From Octopus bimaculoides (taxonomy: Eukaryota), in the NCBI RefSeq assembly GCF_001194135.2, contig NC_069005.1, positions 24,620,818-24,654,944 of the forward strand: a stretch of 34,127 nt of DNA, written 5' to 3'. The notes beneath the pieces were generated by a model, which searched no databases, was not told where the DNA came from, and saw only the letters and a list, made by a program, of their open reading frames with translations. The position numbers and the translations under genes are program-made. Below, one piece after another: positions 1 to 11,799 of this stretch (within the stretch, counting starts at the first letter, position 1; each line of letters starts with the position of its first letter).

Positions 1-502
1 AGAAACTGACTGAAATAGCTGCTATTTCGTTTTACATTATGAGCAAATTCATAAATATTACAGCATCATTTCTGAAGAATCTTCTAGACAGGAAATAATT
101 CTACACGAGACATTGATTTCTCAACTAACAGAAAAAAATCTCTTCTCATAAATTTTGATTTCAACATGGAAGACTAGTTATTACAATAGTATTTTCTGCA
201 ATAAATAAATAAATAAAATCTTTGGCTCATGTCAAAGAAATATTCTCAGCAGACCGGAAGTAAATATTTTATAGATCTTTTCCCCCAGAAAATTCGGGAA
301 ATAACTGTTTTCCATAGTCTAAGCATGTTCCTTTTAGACTTTACTAATATAATATAACCGGAAACAGTATTATAAAATATACAGGAAGTTAAATTCTTTC
401 TAGATTCACTTCTCAAAATAGATGAATAGATTTTAGTAGTTACTGACAAAACTGGGCAATGGATTAAGTACAGCAACAAATAAGAGGAACAATTCCTCCG
501 AC

Positions 503-647
503 AGGCTTCCACGTAGTTTCTGTCTCGTAATTATCACTCACAAAGCTTCAGACCGTCTAACGTTATTGTAGAAGACATTTATCCAGGAGGTCACGCGGTG
601 GAATCTAACCCGAGAACAGGTAGTTCAGAAATGATCGTGATTAACCC
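503..647 (-). mobile_element. Degenerate tRNA/CORE-SINE head fragment (same family as 4313-4718)
   Basis: ggcttccacgtagtttctgtctc...cactcacaaagctt...gtagaagacattt...gtggaatctaacccg aligns by eye to the head half of the intact copies. Confidence 0.65.
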
Positions 648-1002
648 CATAATCACCCCTGTTACTTAATTTCTACTCGTAAGACTACCTTTTGTTTTTC
701 TACCTCTACATTACAGACACAAACATTAAAGAAGTTAATTGTCCAAAAATAGATTTTATTATCAAGATTCCACAGATGTAAAACAGCAGAATTGAGTTCG
801 CATAGATATAAATAATACAGTGCAAGGCTATATGTATATGTTATCGATTCAATGAAATGCAAAAATGTATATCTAATTTGAGAGGACGAGTAACTATTTC
901 TGTAATCAAATGATACAGGATATAAAAGATGGAAGTGAAATATCACCGCAGTCGGCTTCAACTCGGAGGACATTGAATCAGACACGATTTGAGATTTTCA
1001 TT

Positions 1003-1023
1003 GTCTCTCTCTTTCTTCTGTCC

Positions 1024-1075
<52 letters not shown>
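1003..1075. repeat. (CT)n microsatellite running into an assembly gap
   Basis: Direct reading. Confidence 0.97.
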
Positions 1076-1405
1076 NNNNNNNNNNNNNNNNNNNNNNNNN
1101 NNNNNNNNNNNNNNNNNNNNNNNNNNNNNNNNNNNNNNNNNNNNNNNNNNNNNNNNNNNNNNNNNNNNNNNNNNNNNNNNNNNNNNNNNNNNNNNNNNNN
1201 NNNNNNNNNNNNNNNNNNNNNNNNNNNNNNNNNNNNNNNNNNNNNNNNNNNNNNNNNNNNNNNNNNNNNNNNNNNNNNNNNNNNNNNNNNNNNNNNNNNN
1301 NNNNNNNNNNNNNNNNNNNNNNNNNNNNNNNNNNNNNNNNNNNNNNNNNNNNNNNNNNNNNNNNNNNNNNNNNNNNNNNNNNNNNNNNNNNNNNNNNNNN
1401 NNNNN
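1076..1405. other. Assembly gap (N)
   Basis: N run. Confidence 0.99.
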
Positions 1406-2133
1406 GCACGCGCATCTGCATGCCATCGGAAAAGTCAGTAAATTAGGTCCTTCACGAAATTTCCGAATTTAATCGCGCGCAGAGAGTGAATGTGTGCTCT
1501 TTTTTACTGTCACATCTCACAAATTAACCTTTTGGGGGACTGAATAGTGACTGCCAATGAGAAATTGGTTCTCTATAAAAATATCAAGCACCGAGGACAG
1601 TAGCTAGGGAGTAGGAGAAACACTGGCACCCCAGGCTAAAGAAGGTCTTCACCCACATAAGGTGTTGTTATCTGTTTGGTGGGATATGAAAGGTTTAGTC
1701 CATTTTGAACTTTTAAAATTCAAACCAAACGATAACAAAGGAGATCTACTGCGAGCAGCTTGATAATGTTTGGTCACATACAGCAAGGATGACATTCTAA
1801 AGGCTGGAGCAGTTTCAATGGGAAACGATGCTCCACCTACCATATTCATCAGACATTGCCCCATTTGATCATCATTTATTCCGCAATCTTCAAAATCATT
1901 TGGATGGGAAAAATATGAATTCTGTAGACGAGGTCAGTACAGTACTGGAGAAGTATTTTTCGTTACAGACAAGTGAATTTTGGAAATGGGGCCTTGCAAG
2001 TCTACCAGATAGATGGACGAGCATTGTAGAAAATGAAGGAGAGTATATTTTAGATTGAAAAAGAACTTTGTTTATCTTCATTTTGAAAAATAAAAGTATA
2101 AAAAAACCGAATTATTTATGGGATGACCCAATA
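1406..2133 (+). mobile_element. Decayed mariner (Tc1/mariner) element: transposase pseudogene plus right TIR and TA target site
   Basis: Frameshifted translation gives HLHAIGKVSKLG, IVTANEKLVLYKN (TGDEKW-like), AKEGLHPHKVLLSVWWDMKG and HLPYSSDIAPFDHHLFRNLQNHL (YSPDLAPxD motif) to EGEYILD*. It ends in ATTATTTATGGGATGACCCAA+TA, a mariner-type TIR. The 5' part is lost in the gap. Confidence 0.93.
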
Positions 2134-2384
2134 TGTGTTTCACATGACCTATTTATGTTAGAGTGAGTGTAATCAGCGATGGACTATTGTCCTCTCCCTG
2201 ATGATCTCAACTCTCTCGTCCCTGTCATCAATTCAATGGATTTTTGTAGAAATAAATTTTAAGCTTTCAGAAAATCCATGTTATGCATCTGCATCTTCAT
2301 AAACGCGTTATTCATAATTTTCTTACACACACACATATATGATCTAAAAAGGTAAGCAGCATTTTTATAGTTTTTCTGTATATT

Positions 2385-2459
2385 TTTACTCTCTTTTACT
2401 TGTTTCAGTCATTTGACTGAGGCCATGCTCGAGCTCCGCCTTTAGTCGAGCAAATAGAT
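2385..2459 (-). mobile_element. 3' tail fragment of the CORE-SINE family
   Basis: ttttacttgtttcagtcatttgactgaggccatgctcgagctccgcctttagtcgagcaaat matches the tail of the 4313 and 31792 copies. Confidence 0.85.
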
Positions 2460-2639
2460 CACTATAAACGAATCATTATTGCAGGTCGTTCGGCAAGAGC
2501 TGAACACTCATACGTCGTTTTAGACGGGAGAGTTCATCATTTTCTGAAATAATGTCTTTTCTGTGGACAGAGGACCAACTTCAACAAAGGATGCGCAGGG
2601 TCGATTAAACCGAACCCAAATCCAGTGTTGGACAATTTC

Positions 2640-2716
2640 AGTGTGCTTACTTCCGGTTCGCAGGAGATTTTCTTGAAAACTTCCGCTTCGTCTTTGTTTA
2701 AAATCAAACGGTGAAT
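2640..2716. promoter_or_regulatory. Candidate promoter / first-exon region with two ETS-like motifs
   Basis: ACTTCCGG (2649-2656) and ACTTCCGC (2679-2686) in a unique, CpG-containing stretch; possible donor CG|GTGAAT at 2711. Confidence 0.3.
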
Positions 2717-2997
2717 GTATGAAGTGGATTTCGTTGTTACACGTCTATCAGAAATATTCGTTTGGAAACTTATTGTTGGTCAGATATAGTGGCAAGGGTC
2801 GATAGGAGACAGAGGGAGATACGGAAAACGTGTGTGTATGCGAGTACGTGTGTATTTATTTGTGTGTAAGCGCATGGAAAACAGGATATGTATATGGCCA
2901 CGTATGCATGTATGTGTACTTGTGATTGTGTCTATGAGAGAGTATATGTGAATATGTGTACACGTGTGTGAGAGAGTGTATGTTTGTGTGTGTGACT

Positions 2998-3705
2998 NNN
3001 NNNNNNNNNNNNNNNNNNNNNNNNNNNNNNNNNNNNNNNNNNNNNNNNNNNNNNNNNNNNNNNNNNNNNNNNNNNNNNNNNNNNNNNNNNNNNNNNNNNN
3101 NNNNNNNNNNNNNNNNNNNNNNNNNNNNNNNNNNNNNNNNNNNNNNNNNNNNNNNNNNNNNNNNNNNNNNNNNNNNNNNNNNNNNNNNNNNNNNNNNNNN
3201 NNNNNNNNNNNNNNNNNNNNNNNNNNNNNNNNNNNNNNNNNNNNNNNNNNNNNNNNNNNNNNNNNNNNNNNNNNNNNNNNNNNNNNNNNNNNNNNNNNNN
3301 NNNNNNNNNNNNNNNNNNNNNNNNNNNNNNNNNNNNNNNNNNNNNNNNNNNNNNNNNNNNNNNNNNNNNNNNNNNNNNNNNNNNNNNNNNNNNNNNNNNN
3401 NNNNNNNNNNNNNNNNNNNNNNNNNNNNNNNNNNNNNNNNNNNNNNNNNNNNNNNNNNNNNNNNNNNNNNNNNNNNNNNNNNNNNNNNNNNNNNNNNNNN
3501 NNNNNNNNNNNNNNNNNNNNNNNNNNNNNNNNNNNNNNNNNNNNNNNNNNNNNNNNNNNNNNNNNNNNNNNNNNNNNNNNNNNNNNNNNNNNNNNNNNNN
3601 NNNNNNNNNNNNNNNNNNNNNNNNNNNNNNNNNNNNNNNNNNNNNNNNNNNNNNNNNNNNNNNNNNNNNNNNNNNNNNNNNNNNNNNNNNNNNNNNNNNN
3701 NNNNN
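2998..3705. other. Assembly gap (N)
   Basis: N run. Confidence 0.99.
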
Positions 3706-4312
3706 GAAAGAGATTGAGTGGGCAGGAGGATGTGGTGGTGGTGGTGGTGGTGAAGGAGGATGAGGAGAGGAATGTGTACTTGTTGATAAAATATGAGATG
3801 TTTCAATGTCTGGTGGAAATGTCAATACGATCTTTCAGTTCCTGATTTTATGGAAGAAGAAGAAGAAGAAGAAGAAAGAATTATGAGTTGTTCAAGTTGG
3901 AGAGGCATATTACAGCACCACTTCCTACCTATCTGACTGGTCTATGGAAATGGCACTTCCTAGCTGTCTGACTTTATAGTTTTAACTTTGTTCTCGCAGA
4001 AAGATGTCTGTCTTTTATTATGTAAACAGTGTGAAGTTTGTGGAAAATATATTGTTCTCAGTTAAAAATAGAAAATCTAAATTGTAGCCGAATGGTAAGG
4101 CAGCATTAGCATCGAATCTAGTTTTTCAGCGTCCGTTTTCTGGTTATGCCAATGATAATACAAATCTTCGATTTATTCCTGTAGGTAGCTCCGAGTGTTA
4201 AGTAGCAGATTTATCCTAAATAATCGAGAAATAGAAACGAAAATTTGCAGCAATTCTTGATATTGTTTATATCATAAGGACCTAAGGGTTGTTATAGTGT
4301 AATGGACATATA

Positions 4313-4718
4313 TACTCTTTTACTCTTTTACTTGTTTCAGTGATTTGACTGCGGCCACCGCCTTTAGTTGAGCAAATCGACCCCAGGACTTATTCTTTGT
4401 AAGCCTAGTACTTATTCTATCGGTCTCTTTTGCAGAACCGCTAAATTACGGGGACGTAAACACACCAGCATCGGTTGTCAAGCGATGTTGGGGGGACAAA
4501 CACAGACACACAAACATATACACACACATGCACACATATATATATACATATATACGACGGGCTTCTTTCAGTTTCCGTCTACTAAATCCATTCACAAGGC
4601 TTTGGTCGGCCCGAGGCTATAGTAGAAGACACTTGCCTGAGGTGCTACGTAGTGGGACTGAACCCAGGACCATGTGGTTGGTAAGCAAGCTATTTACCAC
4701 ACAGCCACTCCTGCGCCT
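4313..4718 (-). mobile_element. Full-length tRNA-derived CORE-type SINE (Octopus OR/OK-like) with internal (CA/TA)n
   Basis: Minus strand begins AGGCGCAGGAGTGGCTGTGTGG (A box)...GGTTCAGTCCC (B box)...CAGGCAAGTG (CORE-like) and ends AAGTAAAAGAGTAAAAGAGTA; near-identical copies at 6634 and 31792. Confidence 0.92.
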
Positions 4719-5547
4719 TATACACACATATATATAGTATATATTATATTAATATACATATATATATATCATAATATTATATATACACATATATATGTAT
4801 ATGTATATCTATTATATATTGTTGTGCTGGTTTATGCTGATTACATTGGGGGTACACTGAAATGTCATCTGATGATTATCATCCGGTACGAAATTTGAAG
4901 TAACGGGAAAGCAGTAAACCTAAACAAGAATATAATTATAGATATCTGATGCATTGATTTCTTTTATCCTGTACATAACATTACACCATACACAATGTCG
5001 CTTGCTCCCTCGTGTTTAATTGGTTTAAATCATCAGGCTGAATTCTCACTATTTTGTATTTTCCATTCCCTCCGTGACCATCAGTAGAGACAGTCCTCAG
5101 AGCTCACCCTCCTGTATTATCAGTACACATAGTTCCCTGATATATACTTGAACCACGGTGCAATTAATTATGGTGTTTACCTTCTTTTTTTTTTAAATAA
5201 CTCTACAAGTGTGTGTGCCACGATCAGTTATTTTGTGATACAGGGTTCACAACCAACCTAGCTTTTTATTGAGGTGATTGCCAACCGGGACTGAAAAGCT
5301 TATACCGTACTTGTGAAAACAAATTATTCCCCGCTAGATGTCAACTTAGCATTTCGGTGGTTTTCGCTTGGGATCTGTAACTTTGAACAGGAGTCCATAC
5401 GGGATACGGTCTGCTGGAGCCAACTGAGCTGGAGATTTGTCGTCAGTCAGAATTGCCATACTATGAAGCATTAACTGATTTCACTACCCACTTTTTATAT
5501 CTTCTTTTTCTCCCATTCCATATACTTTTTCTCGACCTACAAGGGTT

Positions 5548-5636
5548 CCTTTAGGAACTGAGGTCGATCTAATCAAGTAATCTCCTCCCCTAAAAATTGC
5601 TGGTGTTGTGTGTAAATTAGAAACAATTATCATTAT
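5548..5636 (+). mobile_element. 3' tail fragment of the second SINE family
   Basis: gaggtcgatctaatc...cccctaaaaattgctggtgttgtg...gaaacaattatcatt matches the tail of 17603-17830 and 23856-24075. Confidence 0.65.
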
Positions 5637-5679
5637 CACAATACGAAAGCTATTATATGCTAATTTAGTTGATTGACTT

Positions 5680-6320
5680 GTAATCGCTTGAATGTTTCTT
5701 TGGATTTGTGTAGAGTACGGGATGGCAATTTTCTGCGGGTCGACAATACGTGCCTCAGTTCCATTATCCTTCTGCCCTTTAGGTAGCAGTTTGGATGTTG
5801 TGTCCAATGCACCAATTTCCAATAGTTATAATCTTCATCTATTTGTTACACAATCTCTTCATCCTTCTAGTTAGGTCATGATATTTCTCAATTTTCAGTT
5901 TGATACTGGACTACAAATTCACTGATTCTACAGTTTAACATCACTTTCTCCACAATTATATTTGGTCCCCTTAGTAGGAATTGTCTCTATGGTGAAATGT
6001 TACAAAATCTTATAATTCTCGTTCTTTGAGGTAGCCTCCTGCTCACATTCATACCATTTTTCCGTTGCTTCAAATCCATGGACTTCGCTATCATTCCAAC
6101 GCACTGTTTTGCTTACATTGCAATGTCTGGGTGTATACATTTTTTGCTGCTAGCATACAGCACAAGTTTGGAAGAGGGTTAGTACTTTCGTCCTGTTTTC
6201 CGCAGATTCTGTATTTGCTGTCTAGATTTTTGCAAATCCTCATCTTTATTAAATTACTTTTAATGATTTATTCCTGAACAGCTTATCATTAGCGATTCTC
6301 GTTTCATGATTCCCTTTCTT
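5680..6320 (-). mobile_element. R4/Dong-clade non-LTR retrotransposon 3' fragment (zinc-knuckle/REL region), decayed
   Basis: Minus translation gives RHCNVSKTVRW, HGFEATEKWYE, NENYKIL, IGALDTTSKLLP and IVDPQKIAI, matching the R4/Dong C-terminus (RHD..KWYEH..ILWDF..IGALG..LQK). Confidence 0.8.
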
Positions 6321-6432
6321 AGTCACAACCAACAATAACAATACTAATAAAGATGATATTAATAACGATAATAATAGCAATGATAATGATGATGATATTA
6401 TTATTATTTTTATTATTATTATTATTACTACT

Positions 6433-6500
6433 AAGGTAGCGAGCTGCCAGACTTGTTAGCACGCTGGACGAAATGCTTAGCCGTACTTCGCCCGATGCTA
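6433..6500 (+). mobile_element. Head fragment of the second SINE family, after (TAT)n
   Basis: aaggtagcgagctgccagacttgttagcacgctggacgaaatgcttagccg matches the head of 23856. Confidence 0.75.
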
Positions 6501-6633
6501 CGAACACACGCACACACACACACACACACAAGCACACACACAAACATATAATCTGACAGAAGAAAGAAAGAAAGAAAGAAAGAAAGTTGACATACAACTG
6601 ATGCGCGAACGTGTAATGTCACCTTTTAGGTTA

Positions 6634-6842
6634 TACTCTTTTACTTGTTTCAGTCATTTGACAGCGGCCATGCTAGAGCACCGACTTTAGTCGAGCAAGT
6701 CGACCCCAGGACTTATTCTTTGTAAGCCTAGTACTGATTCTATCGGTCTCTTTTATGGGGAAAAAAACACACCAGCATCGGTTGTCTAACGATGTTGGGG
6801 GGACAAACACAGACACAAACATATACACACACATATACACAC

Positions 6843-6894
<52 letters not shown>

Positions 6895-7049
6895 GACGAG
6901 CTTCTTTCAGTTTCCGTCTACCATATCCACTCACAAGGCTTTGGTCGTCCTGAGGCTATAATAGAAGACACTTGCCCAAGATGCCACGCAGTGGGACTGA
7001 ACCCAGAACCATGTGGTTGGTAAGCAAGCTACTTACCACACAGCCACTC
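6634..7049 (-). mobile_element. CORE-SINE copy with small internal deletion and expanded (TA)n
   Basis: Colinear with 4313-4718; lacks the gccgaaccgctaagttacgggg segment. Confidence 0.92.
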
Positions 7050-7207
7050 GTAAATTTCTTTTTATATAAAAATTATGTATAATGTAAAATGCAAGAATAT
7101 AACACTGATTGTTAAATTAAGATTAATTGGTCCAAGTAATTATAATCTTAATAACGATAAATCATCTACGGCCTTTTAATATGGGTTGTTTGTTTAATCC
7201 TTTAACT

Positions 7208-7330
7208 CAGGAGTTCTTAACCATTTTTTTTTCTATGGACCCCTTTGCTTACTATTTGATTCTGATGGACCCCTTTGATTACTATTTTAGTCTTGTGGAC
7301 CCCTATAGCTATTCGGTGTTTAAAAACTAG
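7208..7330 (+). mobile_element. hAT-like MITE left end with three 30-bp GGACCCC units
   Basis: CAGGAGTTCTTAACC resembles hAT (Charlie/Chompy-type) TIRs; RTGGACCCCT repeats start at 7235, 7265 and 7295. Confidence 0.55.
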
Positions 7331-7571
7331 TTTTATGGAAACTTCTTTCAAAATTCCTATTTTGTTTTCCACACATTCATTTGTGTAGGTTGAACTACGT
7401 AAAATGTTAGAGAAAGAAAAATTATTTGATGCAATAATGTTGTTTAAATGTAAAAACCAAAACTCTCTGGAGGTCATCTAAGCTTATATATTTGTTTTCT
7501 TTCCATGAGAATGCAGTGTTTCAAGCGTTTTGATGAAAGCATATATAGTCCTGGAAAAATATTAACAAGTA

Positions 7572-7696
7572 AGGGGTTAGCGGCAAGAAGGGCATCCGAC
7601 AGGAGAACGTCTGCCGTAGCAAATTCCATCCGATCCAGGCAAGTACAGAAAAGGGGACGTTAAAACGATTATGAAGACGGTGGTGGTGGTGGTGGT
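7572..7696 (+). mobile_element. RTE-type 3' tail (LINE or RTE-dependent SINE) with a triplet-repeat end
   Basis: gggttagcggcaagaagggcatccg...aaattccatccgatcc...ggacgttaaaacgattatgaag then (GGT)n; this is the characteristic RTE 3' end. Confidence 0.7.
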
Positions 7697-8202
7697 ATAT
7701 CCCCAGGACTGCGTAATCCAGTTTGTCCTTTACTGTTCGCTTCCAAGGCCAATGATTGTTTAACGGATATATCCGATCAGATTGAGACATAGTGACTATT
7801 TCTAGCAGCAAGAGTAGACCAGACGTTAACTCAATGAACCTCTCGTGTTAAACCTCATTTTGAATTAATTAGTTCAAACTGATTTCTATTACCTTTCTCT
7901 GCCTCCCCCCCCTGCCCTCCTCATATCTTTCTCCAAACCTCTACTTCCGCTTTAGATGAGGTTTATTTTCAATTATTTCATTTCCTACAGAGTTCTTCCT
8001 TAATTTCCTCTTTTCTTCTGCTGTAATTTCCTTTATATTTCTTGTCTTTCACTCACACACGCACCCACCCACTACTAACGCCATCTGCCAAATATATTTT
8101 TTTCTTTTGTTCGTCTGATTAAGTGGAGTAAATTTTTGCCTTCGTTCTTTGATATTTTACGGTGTTAATATATGTGTATGCGCTTGTGTGCGTTTATGGA
8201 CT

Positions 8203-8217
8203 CATAGATAGATAGAC

Positions 8218-8250
<33 letters not shown>

Positions 8251-8387
8251 CACAGACAGACACACAGACAGACAGACAGACAGATAGATAGATAGATACA
8301 CAGACACACACAGACAGATAGACAGATAGATAGATAGATACACAGACAGACACACAGATAGACAGTCAGACAGATAGATAGATAGAT
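8203..8387. repeat. (GATA)n/(GACA)n compound microsatellite
   Basis: Direct reading. Confidence 0.97.
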
Positions 8388-8491
8388 AATATTTTAGCGA
8401 TTACGTGTTAGAGGTTCTGTTACTTTTTCATTGGTTTATTCTGTTTTCGTTAATATTTATTCATTTTTATGCTGGAGTTTATATTAAATTC

Positions 8492-8492
8492 A

Positions 8493-8550
<58 letters not shown>
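8492..8550. repeat. (TA)n microsatellite
   Basis: Direct reading. Confidence 0.97.
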
Positions 8551-8553
<3 letters not shown>

Positions 8554-10061
8554 CCTTCCTTTTGGTTAACATATGCATTGTTTTTATACTTTCTGAAGTT
8601 GATAGTTCTTCTATTATTGCATAATGTGATATCAATTTCACTTTGTGTATTTCACATACACGCATGGTGACTGCACCATTTTTACAGATGATTATCATCT
8701 CTTCATGCTTTTCATTGTCAATAGCATTTCTAACTTCATGTCTATGACCTCTCAGGTTCAGTTCCATTGCTAATCTGCATGCTTTGGAGCATAGGCAACA
8801 GACGGAAGTTGTAACTTAAAATGCGATTTCAACTAGTTAAGTCTTCATCGGTCGCCATTCTTCCAACGCCATAGGGCTTTCAGTTGATAGAAAGACAAAT
8901 GAGGTCACCATAAATAGACATCAATATGTTATTGGATTACAGTGATAAACGCCTGTACAACACGAGTACCATTCTCTGAATCTCCGTGACTGGGACTTAG
9001 TGACAGACCGAAGCAAGATGACCAATAACCATATGAAACTTTACACTGCATCCGGTTGGAGGTGTCTGGAATGAGAGTTCCTGAGTTTTCAGGAGTATGG
9101 AACCACTTCTTAATCACTAGTGTTCCTAGGTCTCCACCGGAATAGCAGCACATAGGAGACCCCCTTCGGTCATGAATAGACTTCTTAGGTCTAACCAACA
9201 GTAGTATTATTCCCTTCGAGGGACTGTCACATTAAGTTGACAGCATACAGCTACTTCATCGTATCATACTGCAGTCTTTCAGTCTTCCATTTCTCCGTTT
9301 TCGTTGACATTGTAGCATTAATTCAGATTTCAAATCCAAATTCGAAAACACTCGATACCTCTTCAGTCGAGTATATACTTTCTGCTTCTCCACCCTCTCA
9401 TTGAAACACATACTCAGCTGCAAATTCCAAATCCCACTCAATGACCCCATAACCACTCCGATCTGTATATACCCCACCTACACACACCACCACCCAATTT
9501 TGAATGTGCTTGCCATAGATGCAACGCCATGACTATCACCGGTTCCAAGTCACAATATGTACTATTGTGCACAAAACGTCTTCCATACTTCTACTGACAC
9601 AAACTACGGAGTCACTTGCAAAATATTGCTATGCTGTTTACATTAGTGACACAGGCTGTCGCCTCACGATTACCTTCGTGATTCGTACTATTCTATTCTG
9701 TATTTCGAGTCAGCCTAACGCTACCCACTTCAACATAACGAACTACTCCATCAACCGCTTATCAATGTCCAGTATTTCTTCACGTTATGAGCCACATACT
9801 TAAGAATGTGTAACGCGCAACCTAACACATTCAATCTTGGAGTCCTAGGATTCAATAAAGATTTCTCCTTCTCCTCCACCTCTCTTAATTATAGTTATTC
9901 CTGCTTTATCTTCTTGCTCTCCTTTCATTCTAATTTTCTCTCTACTTCATTTAAAGTCTTACCCATTTTCTCTTCCTCTCCCCTGCATCCCTTTTCTTCT
10001 CCCTCTCGCTCTCTCTCTCTCCCTCCCATAATGGTTCTCTCCCACTGCCTCCTGTCTTTGG

Positions 10062-10204
10062 ATACATTCGCCCATTCTTTTGCGTTTCCCGTCAGTGCTT
10101 ACAGTCACAGTGACAGAGAGGACATAAACCTTGTCTTCTCTCCCCAACTTTTATTTCAACCTTGAAGAAAGACTTTTTTCAGAAACGTCGGAAACTACTC
10201 TTCG
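10062..10204 (+). repeat. 143-bp direct repeat, copy 1
   Basis: atacattcgcccattcttttgcg...gaaacgtcggaaactactcttcg recurs at 11538-11680 with roughly a dozen substitutions. Confidence 0.95.
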
Positions 10205-11537
10205 CGGCGCTTTACCTTCATTCTTACTTCTTCTCTTACCTGTGTGTGCGTGTATGTGCGTATGTGTGTGCGTGTGTGTATGTGTGTGTGTGTGTGTGTG
10301 TGTGTTAGGATGTCCTCACTTTTCTTAACTTACTATGAAGCAGTTACCACCAGCTGCTCATCAGTTATTTCTATGTTTTTTTTTGTTTTCGTTGTCATGT
10401 CTTTCTACTATATATTCCACCTCACCAATGTAATTGGACTCGTTTTATTTCTTCTTCTTCTTTGTTTACAGTATTTCTTTACATTGATCAACCCACATCT
10501 GACATAATTGCATCCATTATCGTCCGCATGTAATTTATTTTCTGAGTTTTTTTTTTTTTTTGCTGCCATATGTTATTAGCTTCTTAGGTCTCAGTGATTT
10601 TTCTCAGCTCGGTTATTAATAGAAAATAACTCCATAATAACTTCAATAGAGACACAACATAGGTTTATTTGTCAGTTCATGACACTTTATTATATATTTC
10701 TTCTCTGACGGAACAGTCTAATTTCAGTTTCTCTCCCACGTGTTTAATCTCATTGATGTGACTATACCAGACTTATATTTATTTTGCATCGTAAATTGTG
10801 AACAATAGCGCCTTTAGTTATACACTTCAAACCAGCTAGTGTGGACAATGGCGTAGTTCGTTACCACATTATCATCAAGGTAATCAATGGTTCACTGCAT
10901 TATTATTGACAGTGAGAAAGTAGCAGAAAGTCATTCTTAGAATCATATCCATTCCCCTAATGACAACATAGTTTGTTTATCTACACAACAATGACAATAG
11001 AGTTTATTTTACATTCTTAGTTTCAATGCATGCTATTCCAACAAACTTCTTCATTGTTTTATAACTCCCCAATGCCCCGATGTAAGACGTGTTTATCGTG
11101 TATCCTTTTGATTTGGTTGTTTTATCCGTTTTGTGTGAGGTCTTGGCACAACATCTTATTTCAGACGCAGTTTTTATTTGATACGGATGTTTTGATTTTG
11201 TGCCTTACTTCAAGTTATCCAAAAGAGAAGAATTGGTCATCTCTAGTGTTTCCTTACATTTACTGCAAACCGTGTCTGTGCCTTTCGAAATTATTCCGTT
11301 AAAGTGTCACACAAAAGGGGAAAATTAGAGAATCCTTTTCGAAACTCCCATCGCTAATTTGTCCTTGTTCTTTGGCTCCGAATCAATCCTAAGTCAGCCG
11401 ACGTATGATTACAAGCATTCCAGCCGTGACCGTCACGCTTATTTCGAGAGGATTTCTAATGTGCCCTTATTTTTTTCAGACATCGGAAGATGCTTTAAGT
11501 GAGATTTGATCACACGACCTCGTAGATACTCCCTCGT

Positions 11538-11680
11538 ATACATTCGCCCATTCTTTTGCGTTTCCTGTCAGTGCTTACAGTCACTGTAGCAGAGAGGACA
11601 TAAACCTTGTCTTCCTTCCCCAACTTTTATTTCAACCTTGAAGAAGGACTTTTTTCAGAAACGTCAGTAACTACTCTTCG
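11538..11680 (+). repeat. 143-bp direct repeat, copy 2
   Basis: Same length and colinear with 10062-10204. Confidence 0.95.
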
Positions 11681-11799
11681 TAGATATTCACTCATTGACT
11701 CAGCGTTCCAGTCTTTCATTTTACCTCATCAGTTATTCCTAATCAAACTTCAAACTTGCTGTTGTCATATATTTATAATATAATGAGCGTTTAGTCGTG

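Noticed and set aside
3770-3870. Minus-strand terminal exon candidate (ELKDRIDISTRH*) after a (CTT)n tract
   Set aside because: The pyrimidine tract is just a microsatellite, all frames stop quickly, and there is no other support
4313-4718. tRNA genes at SINE heads
   Set aside because: A and B boxes are present, but there is no complete cloverleaf and the heads continue into SINE bodies; these are tRNA-derived SINEs
4869-4893. CTGATGA...GAAA hammerhead-like spacing
   Set aside because: Stem II lacks the closing pair, stem I does not form, and it is single copy; consistent with chance
7235-7310. Regularly spaced repeats as a CRISPR-like array
   Set aside because: Eukaryotic context, whole 30-bp units are similar (no unique spacers), and no cas genes are present
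8827-8851. Minus-strand CCGATGAAGAC...GAAAT hammerhead-like motif
   Set aside because: The core is mutated, stem II is out of register, and there is no stem I
10335-10365. Minus-strand CTGATGAGCAG...CTGC hairpin
   Set aside because: It is followed by TTCA rather than GAAA, so it is a simple hairpin
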